From Sanchytrium tribonematis (Eukaryota): a stretch of DNA of 20,000 nt. Below, piece after piece: positions 1 through 9,200 of the stretch. Under the pieces are notes generated by a model. That model saw only the letters and a list, made by a program, of their open reading frames with translations, had not been told where the DNA came from and did no database searches. Made by a program: the position numbers and the translations under genes. Numbering within the stretch: the first letter of the stretch is position 1; every line of letters starts with the position of its first letter. The DNA is taken from NCBI GenBank assembly GCA_018985235.1, contig JADGIG010000002.1, positions 60,034 through 80,033 on the forward strand, in the 5' to 3' direction.

Positions 1-9
1 TTAGAACAG

Positions 10-582
10 ATGTCTGTCCCTGAGTTCGTTCAAGTGAAAACTGGTGATAATGAACTGGTGTATAAAAGGCTGAGTATTCTCCCTCAAAGAATGTCAACAT
101 TGAAGGAATGTTGGCCAGTATTTTATGATTCCGTGTCATCTTTTATGATGGTGCGCTTTAACCCCAAAACTAAGATTATTGAACTCAAATGCGGCGATGA
201 ATTGCTACTAAGCAAAGTTGCGGATGTAATTAAGGCGTTTAATTGTGGGTTTTCTATGGAAGACTCATTACTTATGATGCGAATGGATGATATGAATCTT
301 TTTAGTTTTCACGTTAGAGATGTCAAGTCATTGAGTGGGGAACACTTTAGTCGGTGTGTTGGTAGGATCTGTGGTTATCAGGGAAAAACCAAGTATGCAA
401 TAGAAAATATGACGAAAACTAGGATAGTCGTTGCAAACGGTCGTATTCATATTTTAGGCCAGCATAACAATTTACAGGTTGCAAAACGTGCTATATGTGA
501 TCTTATTCTAGGGAGAACCGCGGGTAGAGTATACAATTCTGTCAGAGTGATTTCCAATGCAATTAAGAGTAAAGGCTTATAG
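10..582 (+). CDS. PNO1: Pre-rRNA processing KH-domain protein PNO1/Dim2 (40S biogenesis)
   Basis: Motifs PQRMSTLKECW, VRFNPKTKIIEL, HFSRCVGRICGYQGKTKYAIEN.TKTRIVV and AICDLILG match recalled PNO1/Dim2 sequences. An upstream exon outside the window cannot be excluded. Confidence 0.92.
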   Translation: MSVPEFVQVKTGDNELVYKRLSILPQRMSTLKECWPVFYDSVSSFMMVRFNPKTKIIELKCGDELLLSKVADVIKAFNCGFSMEDSLLMMRMDDMNLFSFHVRDVKSLSGEHFSRCVGRICGYQGKTKYAIENMTKTRIVVANGRIHILGQHNNLQVAKRAICDLILGRTAGRVYNSVRVISNAIKSKGL

Positions 583-589
583 AATAAAT

Positions 590-2131
590 ATGAAAAATAA
601 TTTTAGGTCACTAATGAGTGATAAATTTTCTCATTTGGAAAGGTTCGAGAGAGAGTCACTGGTATATTTAAATTCAGTTAAAGAACAGAAAGACTTCAAT
701 CTCATTCACTTGCCACACATCTTGAGCATTTACAGGAGCCACAAAAATAATGACAAAATTTCGATTCAATTTCAAGTTACTTGTCTCCAAATCTTAGAAA
801 AGTTTACAAAAGTCGCGATTGACGACTTGGCAAGAGAAAATTTAATCACTGAATATGAGAAAAGTTTGAGCAGTAGCAATATCTATGTTCAAAAAGCTGC
901 TTTGATTTGCATTAATAGAATGGTTCAATTTCCAGTTATTGCAGGACTTCTTTCTTCCGAATCTGTTGAATTAATAGCAAAGTTGTCCAGCATTGAAAGT
1001 TTCATTGAAATTTCATTTTCTATTTTTTCTTTAATCGTTACTAATTCAGAAGATAAATTTGAGTTGATCTTTGAAAATATTCAGAACCTTAACGAGCGAT
1101 TATCGGATATAAAATCACAGCGATCTGTAATAGCATTTATAGGTACTTCCGCAAAATCAGTTCCAAAAGCTGCGAAACTATATGTAGAAATGCAACTAAT
1201 ACCATTGTTATGGAAAGAAGCCTACAATCACAGATATCCTAGGCAAATAGTACAGGCTATTACTTGCATTGCAAGCCATAATCTAGAATTGGCTTTACAA
1301 ACCTTGACGGATAATTTTCAGGATGTGTTGAGGGAATTATTAATTAAAGAAGATCTTGAGTCTAGAAATATTGCAATGCTTTATTGTATGACTTGTTGCC
1401 GTCATGGTGGTACTGTCTGTGAAAAATTTATTAATTTCATCGAGCCGTTTGTAGTGCCATATTTAAAAGAAATGCCATCAGACTTAATTTTGAGTTGCAT
1501 CATAACTGTAGGTTGCATAGCTGCAACTAGTATGGAATTCTCTGCAAATGTTAAGCAATACGATTTGCTTGATGAATTGCTAGATTTGATGTTAAGGCCA
1601 AATTTCGACCTTAAAACAAATATAGTATGGTGCCTTACTCATATGGGTAAACACAGCACAGAAGATTGTGACAAAATTGCAGAGAAGGGATTCGTAAATA
1701 TAGTCTTTAAAGTGATGATAAGCTCGTCAGATACCGAATTGATAGCCAAGTGCGACCGATTTCTTAAAGTATTAATACCCATATGCTCGAATGACTTAGC
1801 GTTGGTCGGTTTCTTGTCTGCAGATACGAAACCTTCTATTTTGCTTATTGTTTTAGAAAGATTAGTCATTCTCTTAAAAAATCCAGATCAAAAAAAAAAG
1901 TTTATGAAAGGTGGATACCTACATAAAACACAAGAATTACGAGTCATTTATACTACTCAAGCTGCGAGCCTGCCTATTTTGGATGCAATTATGAGTATAA
2001 ACAATCTTTATCCTGGTGAAATTGTCCAATTTTGTTCGCCAGAGTACGGATTAGAATTAATCGAAACTCTTGACGAATACGTAGTTCCAAATACTTTAGA
2101 GTCCTTGAAAACTGGTGAGATAAAATATTAA
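590..2131 (+). CDS. SPAG6: Divergent armadillo-repeat axonemal central-pair protein SPAG6/PF16-like (513 aa from ATG 590)
   Basis: ARM-like helical repeats. WCLTHMGKHSTEDCDKIA resembles SPAG6 WALGQIGRHTPEHARAVA. The C-terminal KFMKGGYLHKTQEL...SINNLYPGEIVQFCSPEY resembles SPAG6 LFVTSGGLKKVQEI...SINSCYPEEIVRYYSPGY. ATG 590 is preferred over 557, which lies inside PNO1. Confidence 0.75.
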   Translation: MKNNFRSLMSDKFSHLERFERESLVYLNSVKEQKDFNLIHLPHILSIYRSHKNNDKISIQFQVTCLQILEKFTKVAIDDLARENLITEYEKSLSSSNIYVQKAALICINRMVQFPVIAGLLSSESVELIAKLSSIESFIEISFSIFSLIVTNSEDKFELIFENIQNLNERLSDIKSQRSVIAFIGTSAKSVPKAAKLYVEMQLIPLLWKEAYNHRYPRQIVQAITCIASHNLELALQTLTDNFQDVLRELLIKEDLESRNIAMLYCMTCCRHGGTVCEKFINFIEPFVVPYLKEMPSDLILSCIITVGCIAATSMEFSANVKQYDLLDELLDLMLRPNFDLKTNIVWCLTHMGKHSTEDCDKIAEKGFVNIVFKVMISSSDTELIAKCDRFLKVLIPICSNDLALVGFLSADTKPSILLIVLERLVILLKNPDQKKKFMKGGYLHKTQELRVIYTTQAASLPILDAIMSINNLYPGEIVQFCSPEYGLELIETLDEYVVPNTLESLKTGEIKY

Positions 2132-2148
2132 TAAATAAAGGAGTTTTT

Positions 2149-2949
2149 ATGATTCACTTTGAACACAATCAACACAACCTTACTAATTATTCTACCAATA
2201 GGTATGAAAGTGCCACGCTAAACGGTGATTTGATTTCGGATGACCTTTCATGTATTAGAGGACATGGCACATATCTCTCGGGATCTACTATAAAGTCTAA
2301 TTTGATGGGCCAAGTTGAGTCTGTTAATCGATTAGTGATCGTTCATCCATTAAACTCAAAATACAAAGGGAACACCGGTGATGTAGTTATTGGCAGGGTT
2401 GTTGAGATAGTACCAAAAAAGTGGCTATTGGACATTCAAAGTGATAATTTTGGACAACTTATGCTCACTTCTATTGGTTTACCTGATGGTGTTCAAAGGC
2501 GGAAAACAGAGGAAGATGAATTGCAAATGCGGAAGTATTTTACTGAATATGATGTCGTTATTGCTGAGGTACAGCAAATTAATTTCGATGGTACTATCAA
2601 TTTGCAAACTAGAAATGATAAATACGGTAAAGCCGATAACGGAGTTTTAGTCAAAGTACGACCTAGTCTTGTCAAAACTTGCCCCAGTCATTTTTTGGAG
2701 ATAGGATCAGAAACTAGAATTATTTTAGGAAAAAATGGTTATATTTGGATACAGGGAAATAATTTTCCGATTCAAGCGATGCTATTTAATATATTGGAGG
2801 CAATGAATATTGAGAACATATCCATTTCTGATCAATCGCTCCAGAGTGCAATTTCAATATGTAAAGTAAAAGCGGATCCTCTAAAATTTACTAAATCAAA
2901 AACAGGAAGAAAAGAACTTGCAGAGCAGCTTATCATATCAAATCAATAA
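2149..2949 (+). CDS. RRP4: Exosome cap subunit RRP4/EXOSC2
   Basis: Motifs IRGHGTY, VNRLVIVHPLNSKY.G.TGDVVIGRV, LPDGVQRRKTEEDELQMRKYF and ILGKNGYIWI. Confidence 0.93.
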   Translation: MIHFEHNQHNLTNYSTNRYESATLNGDLISDDLSCIRGHGTYLSGSTIKSNLMGQVESVNRLVIVHPLNSKYKGNTGDVVIGRVVEIVPKKWLLDIQSDNFGQLMLTSIGLPDGVQRRKTEEDELQMRKYFTEYDVVIAEVQQINFDGTINLQTRNDKYGKADNGVLVKVRPSLVKTCPSHFLEIGSETRIILGKNGYIWIQGNNFPIQAMLFNILEAMNIENISISDQSLQSAISICKVKADPLKFTKSKTGRKELAEQLIISNQ

Positions 2950-4264
2950 ACTCCTGCCTTATAGCCCTGAAATCTCTATGCAATAACTCTTTCAGCTTAC
3001 TCGAATCATCAATTCCTTCAATTATTTTCTTCGTGACATAAACTGGGGGAAGCTGATCTTGCTTGATTGACGGAGCATGTTCAATGAATTTTAATTGCTG
3101 CATTACATAAGTTTTGATAAGTTCTAATTCGCTTTCAGTATTTTCGTTTTTATAAAACCCATTCAATTTAGGAGTAATAACATGGTCAGGACCAAAAAAC
3201 CCTCTATAAGCACAATCGTCAGGTATAGACTGTGGCAATCTCGCATTGCATACGGTTGCGGTTTCATAAGCCCAACAACGTGCCACATTGCGGATGGTAT
3301 AACCACCACCACCTAACAAAATCATAGGAATGTTGAAAGACTTTATAAATTCAACGCATGCAGCATGCCCCTGGATGCTTAAATTGAATGGACCAAGTCT
3401 ATCAAGTCCAAGACTATCAGCACCTGCTTGAAGAACGACAGCACCTGGTTGAAATTGATTGATACAGGCTCTCATAACAGATTTAAACAGCCTGAGATAT
3501 TGCGAGTCAGTAATGCCTTGCTTCAGTGGCACATTTATGCTAAAATTCTTGCCTTCATTGAATCCGATTTCCTGCAAACTGCCTGTGCCGGGGAAAAAGT
3601 CAAATCCATCTGGCTGAACACCATATCGATGAAAACTAACAGTCATAACTCTGTCAGATGTATAAAATGCCTCCTGAACTCCATCGCCGTGATGAACATC
3701 AATATCGATATACAATACTCGTGGGTGAGATTTTAATAATTCTTGTATGGCTAAAACAATATCGTTTACGTAACAAAAGCCGGATGCGCTGGACCTATGT
3801 GAATGATGTAATCCGCCGCTCCAATTTACAGCAATGTCGCATTCTTTATTATTTATCAATTTTGCACTTAAAATCGAAGCACCAGAATATTCCTGGCAAT
3901 ACTCGTATACAGATTCAAATAATGGACAATCATTTGTGAGAGGAAGGTAATGATGATCTGGGTCCTCAGTCTTCTTTTGTAAAAATGAAATGTATTCTGG
4001 TGAATGAAAATTTGTTAGTTCCGCATAGCTAGCGATTGGGGCCTTGTAAACTGTCATTTCCTGATATAGGTGATAATTCATAACTAAATCATGAGTTAAA
4101 GCCAAGCGACTCGGTTTCATTGGGTGGTTTTCAGCATAATAATGAGTTCCGATTGTGTCACTGTACATGTAAGCAATATTTTTGTTTGAACCTAAATACT
4201 CAGTATGATTTTTATTTGAACGTACGGGCTCTAATTCTAATAATTGTTCTAGAGTAACTGACAT
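2933..4264 (-). CDS. Class I histone deacetylase, Hos2/HDAC3-like
   Basis: Motifs HPMKPSR, NWSGGLHH, ASGFCYVNDIV, RVLYIDIDVHHGDGVQEAFY, FFPGTG and GGGGYTIRNVARCWAYET. Catalytic residues appear intact. The subfamily call is by recall. Confidence 0.9.
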   Translation of the reverse strand: MSVTLEQLLELEPVRSNKNHTEYLGSNKNIAYMYSDTIGTHYYAENHPMKPSRLALTHDLVMNYHLYQEMTVYKAPIASYAELTNFHSPEYISFLQKKTEDPDHHYLPLTNDCPLFESVYEYCQEYSGASILSAKLINNKECDIAVNWSGGLHHSHRSSASGFCYVNDIVLAIQELLKSHPRVLYIDIDVHHGDGVQEAFYTSDRVMTVSFHRYGVQPDGFDFFPGTGSLQEIGFNEGKNFSINVPLKQGITDSQYLRLFKSVMRACINQFQPGAVVLQAGADSLGLDRLGPFNLSIQGHAACVEFIKSFNIPMILLGGGGYTIRNVARCWAYETATVCNARLPQSIPDDCAYRGFFGPDHVITPKLNGFYKNENTESELELIKTYVMQQLKFIEHAPSIKQDQLPPVYVTKKIIEGIDDSSKLKELLHRDFRAIRQEFIDLI

Positions 4265-4300
4265 TTGAACCCAAAAAATGTTTTATCTCCTTTTTACCTA

Positions 4301-7109
4301 TTATTTATTAGTATCTTTTTTAGCCAATTTAGCTGCAGTCACGCCTTGCTGGACGAAATATTTAGCCAGAAAAGTTGATTCCTCCATTTTTAGATTGCCA
4401 CAGGATTCAAAAAGTTTGGTGGCATTCTTTTGATGTTTGTATGCAAGTTTATAATCTTTCATTCTGTAATAATGGTTTGCCATTAAACTTTCAAAGTTAC
4501 CTAGAGATTCTGGATCTATGTATTCAGACTTAAATCGATCGAAGACTTCTGTGAATTTTTCTGGCTCGAGTAACTCTATTGCAGAGAGTAGAACATCCAA
4601 ATTGAAGAATACCTTGTATGTTGGAATGCTATAAAAATCACGTATTCTATGAATATGAGCGGCAATAATGGGGATTAATTGGGGGCTTGAATAAGTACTT
4701 AAACTAGCAACCGCTTCCTAAATTAAAATTAAATACATGGCAATCAAGTGCCTCTTGAGAAAATGGCCCGTTCACCATTTCAGTACAATAACTAACTTGT
4801 AGAATTTCACTAAATAGGTCCTTAACAGCAGTATCTTTAGAGCTATCAACGTTAAGATTTTGAATCTCTCGTAAAGTTTGCTCACATCGAATTTGGAGTG
4901 TCTCGCTGGAGTTCTCGCCGTATACAAAATGCATGGCACTTAACAAATCTTCTGACTTTAAAAGCTTTAATGATCCAACAGTATGGTTAGATGATTTTGT
5001 CAATGGTAGAAAACAAACAAAATCTTTCAATTCGAATTTAAACTCATTCTCTTCCATTTTTTGCAGTGCGAATTTTGACAATCGAATCCCAATAACTTCG
5101 CAAATACGTTTGACAAGCAAAATGTTTTGGCCAGTGCTACATTCAACCAAGTATTTTCGCCATTTTAGATCTTTAATGTCTAGAGTTGGTAACTCATTTA
5201 GTATGTCAATAATTATCTTTTTAGATTCTACAATAGAACGCCCAGAAGACTTCATAACGAAAAAAGATTTTACGCTTCTTGCAGCTATTTCAGTCTCCAA
5301 TAAAAGTATGAGTGCTACGACTCTGTCATAATTCATGTATGCAAGTGGAAGTTCCGGGATTTTGTATTTGAGTTTAGATTTTAGTAATTTATCTGAATTA
5401 TCAACAACAGATTTGTACAGAGAAACTATGTCAGCATTCAAATTGTTGGAGATTTTCAAATTGAGAAGAATATCTCTCAGTAAACCTATATATCTTACGT
5501 TAATTCCAAAACTATGCATAAAATCAACTAGTCTCGTACCTGATACGATCGGATCTGGTTTTAAAAGCAATTCCAATAGTAATGTAGGAATTACAATACT
5601 CTCAAGGTATTTAGAAATAATATCACAATTGTCTGAAAGATTATATTCCAAGTTTTTCGAGTAGCATTCTCGGAACGACTGTACAAGCTCATTTCGGAAA
5701 TACATGATATTGTGTGCAGGCACAGTATGAGCATTTGCATATCTTTGCGCAGAAAATGCATCCTCGGGCGTTAAGCGAATAATGTCAGATAAGTAAAATT
5801 TTGAATCAGAACATTTAGCAATTCTAGATTGTTTTAGAAAGACGGACTGAAAATTATCAGAATGTTGAATAAGATTAAATCCTAATTTCTTGGATAAATC
5901 AGAAGTCTCCAATTCATTCGAGTTGATAAATGAGTCGCATTCTTGATCTTTTTGAGAATTTCCATATACAACTTCAGATTCCAGCATCGCCTTAAAAGAA
6001 TTTCCAGCAATAGCTTGAACAAGGTAATGTTTGCCACCGTATTTTACGAGACATGCCATAGTCGTGCTAATTGAATCTATTCCCAAGCTTTCAAAAATGG
6101 AAATGGCTTCAATCTCCTTGTTTGCTAGTGAATTGACAGCAAGTATATTGTGGTAAGTATTATCATTATATTGTTCATACCAATCACCCACAGGTCCAAA
6201 AAAAAGATTATTCCATACATAAATGTACTTATCAGAGCTATCTTCCGGATTAATAGGAAGGATTCCACCTTGAATAATGGATAATACTCCAGAAACTGCC
6301 AAATCTTTAAATTTTTTTTGCAACATAGTGATGTTTTTATCAGCCTCAATACATTGTATCTCACTTGCGTCGTCTGATAAACCTGAAGTTCTAGAAAGTT
6401 GCATTTCCACATTAATGCTACCGAGACGAACGTCTTTTGCGAGACTTTCAAAATTAATTCCGGGATTTACAATATCTACACAATTGTACTTTTGAAATTC
6501 AATAAATGTATGTTCGATAAAATGAGAATCATCAAAACTAGCATCATAATGAGAAACGTCAAAATTTACACGCAGCAAATCTACCAGATTGCTGTACTTT
6601 GTATCTTTAAAGTAGAATCCATCTATCATCGAATAAATCTTGTTTCCCTTGAAAGTAAAAATAAAGAGAAGACCATCCGAAACATCTTTGAAGGATTTTT
6701 CATAGGATTCAATCTTAATTAATGCATCTTCAGAAGAATGTATCAGTTCGGAGGTACGCACTAAAGGAATGATATCCCCATGGGTCAACACCTCATTGAA
6801 GATACCCCCTCGTGGTTGCAAAACTTTTGACAATCTATTAATGTGAAGTTTCGCAGTAAATTCAGTATATTCCTTAATTTTGATTGTAAATCTGTACGGA
6901 AGCTGTAAGTCTTGCACTTTCGTATCCGGGTTTAAAACGCTATTATTATGCAGTAAATCAAATCCATTAGTTGTGTATTTCAGTAATAAATTACCGATAT
7001 AGTCATACAAAGTTTTAATAGTACAGCCATCTTTTCCATTAAGGGTAAATTTTTCATCGCCATCGCCAGTGAATTCAATTGGAAATGTGATTTGCGACTC
7101 CGATGTCAT
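4301..7109 (-). CDS. CLU1: Clustered mitochondria protein Clu1/CLUH (TIF31)-like, spliced join(7109..4737,4717..4301), 929 aa
   Basis: ILPINPEDSSDKYIYVWNNLFF and MHSFGINVRYIG resemble CLU-family motifs, and the C-terminus is TPR-like. Removing the 19-nt intron 4718..4736 fuses ORF 4704..7109 in frame with ORF 4301..4600, with no intervening stop. Confidence 0.8.
4718..4736 (-). other. 19-nt spliceosomal intron in CLU1 (phase 0)
   Basis: Sequence GTATTTAATTTTAATTTAG. The spliced reading is ...LDCH|EAVASLSTYSS...FFNLDVLL. Confidence 0.85.
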
Positions 7110-7150
7110 CTCCTAAAATTGGAAAATGAATCATTGTAGGCCAATATAAT

Positions 7151-8588
7151 ATGGAAATAAATGTGAATGTCATTGTAAGAGTGAGACCAGTTGAGAACGA
7201 GCAATGCATAGCTATAAATGAAAATACCATTACAGTGGATACTGCTAATAGTGAATCCTTTACATTTGACAAGGTTTTTGTGAATTCCACTCAATCAAAC
7301 TTATTTGAAGAAAGTGTACTAAAATCGTTTTTAGACAAAGCTATCGATGGTTATGCAGTCACTGTCTTTGCTTATGGGCAAACATCTTCTGGAAAATCAT
7401 TTACAATATCTGGAAATGAAGTCCCAGATGGAATAATTCCTAGAGCCTTAAATTATATCTTTACGGAATGCAGTAATAGAAAGAAAATTATTCGCGCTTC
7501 CTATTTGGAAATTTACAACGAGCAAGTACACGATTTACTAAATATGAATGGAAAAAATTTGCAAGTGAGGTGGAACAAGACAAGCGGTTTTTATGTCGAA
7601 AATTTATTTATAGTGCAGTGTGATCTGTATGATGATGCTCTTGCTGTTATGGAAGAAGGACTGAGAAATAGGAGAATTGCGGCTCATGCACTGAACGATA
7701 ACTCTTCTAGGAGCCACTCAATCATGAATATATATATTGAAACAGAAGAAGAAAGCAGTGATGGAATGGTGGTATCGAAACTCGGTAAAGTGAGCTTTGT
7801 GGACCTGGCCGGGAGTGAACGAGTAAAAGATACAAAAACTAAGGGAATTAATTTCTCAGAGACTTCCAATATAAATAGATCATTATTAACATTAAGCCAG
7901 TGTATATCAGCCCTAAGCGATCCAAAAAAGGTGCTTACTCACATTCCTTTTAGAGAGAGTCAATTAACAAAGCTTCTTATGGATTCATTAGGAGGAAATG
8001 GATTCACTTTAATGATTGCTTGCTTAAATCCAGCAAAAATGCATTTATATGAAACCTTGCAAACTTTGAGATATGCCAGCCGTGCTAAAATAATAAAAAA
8101 TAAGCCAAGAATTATAATAGATCCTCGAGAGGAAGTAATTTGTACTAATCTAGCTCATTTTAAAACTTAAGAAAGAAAATCACGATTTAAAAGCTTTATT
8201 GAGTGCTACAGAGAATGAAAATTTCCAAAATTTAGATCTCTCAAAAACTCATAAAACTATTTCATTGAGTTTTGATAAATTAATACGGGAGCTGGCGCAA
8301 TTGAAATACGAAAAGGAAGAGCTTGAGCGGGCAAAAGAGGTTTTGGGGTTTAGTAACCAGGTATTGATGCAGGAAAATGAGAAACTGAGACACTTCAAGG
8401 CTGCAAGTCTTTCTAAAAATTCTAAAAATGAAATACAAATTCATTCCGGTGAAACTAAATCAAAATCACTTGAAAGAAAGAATTCATCAACAAAACTTGA
8501 TGTTGTAAAACTAAATCAAGACTTGAGACACGAATTGGACTCGCTCGAACTTGAGATCCAAAAAATGAATAAAATTTCTATTTCCTAA
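7151..8588 (+). CDS. KIF12: Kinesin, KIF12/kinesin-16-like, spliced join(7151..8134,8154..8588), 472 aa
   Basis: P-loop GQTSSGKS, plus SSRSH, VDLAGSER and HIPFRESQLT. VRWNKTSGFYVE resembles recalled KIF12 VRWNKTRGFYVE. The coiled-coil tail joins in frame after intron removal. Confidence 0.85.
8135..8153 (+). other. 19-nt spliceosomal intron in kinesin (phase 0)
   Basis: Sequence GTAATTTGTACTAATCTAG with a TACTAAT branch site. The spliced reading DPREE|LILKLKKENHDLKALL is a typical neck coiled coil and is in frame with ORF 8199..8588. Confidence 0.92.
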
Positions 8589-8621
8589 TAAATTCTTGTC
8601 AAAATCTCAAACTCACATTGA

Positions 8622-9128
8622 ATGAAAAACAAAACGCAGGCCAAGCCCATTATCAACAGGGTCAATGCATTAATTGGACCAAATAATGAATGTCCAATAT
8701 GTGCCAAATGTTTTTGTGACCAGTCAACTGCATTGAGACATTTAAAGCATGTTCATGCACCACCTATAAAATGTGATTATTGCCTTAAAAGCATTAAAGT
8801 TGGAGGAAGGCCAGATGTGTTAAGAAACCATTTGCTAAGATGCCCTCAATTTGTAAAGAAATTTCCAAACGATTCTTATGAACAAGCAAAAACTCAAGCG
8901 AAATCGATTTATGGTAGAATTAAAAAAAATAGAGACAAGGCCTTTCAACCGCAATCATTAGCGCATAGCGACTCTGGATATCTAGAGCTACCGGCTGAAT
9001 TTATCGTTATCGAGGGAACATACCAATATTCCGCCGAATTGGATTTATCGCTTGATTCCGATTCGTTCCCTACTCAATTGTTTCCTCCAGCGTGTGAATC
9101 TCAAGCTGACTATGATGTTTATCAATAA
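8622..9128 (+). CDS. Small zinc-finger protein (C2H2 plus C2HC-type finger) with acidic tail; probable transcription factor
   Basis: Fingers CPICAKCFCDQSTALRHLKHVH and CDYC...LRNHLLRC, followed by an acidic/aromatic C-terminus. Confidence 0.75.
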   Translation: MKNKTQAKPIINRVNALIGPNNECPICAKCFCDQSTALRHLKHVHAPPIKCDYCLKSIKVGGRPDVLRNHLLRCPQFVKKFPNDSYEQAKTQAKSIYGRIKKNRDKAFQPQSLAHSDSGYLELPAEFIVIEGTYQYSAELDLSLDSDSFPTQLFPPACESQADYDVYQ

Positions 9129-9200
9129 TAAATTCCTTTAATTTCGACTTACCATTCTTCAAAAGTTTTGACTAATAAATTGTTTAGAAGTTTCAGATGG

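Noticed and set aside
2138..2143. Shine-Dalgarno-like AAGGAG before RRP4 (AGGAG also occurs upstream of HDAC and CLU1)
   Set aside because: The genes are clearly eukaryotic and several contain introns. Spacing to the ATG is inconsistent, so chance is likely.
9165..9187. Possible 23-nt intron GTTTTGACTAATAAATTGTTTAG upstream of the PPR-like gene
   Set aside because: The donor is not GTA, its length and branch spacing differ from the five supported introns, and I found no upstream coding exon.
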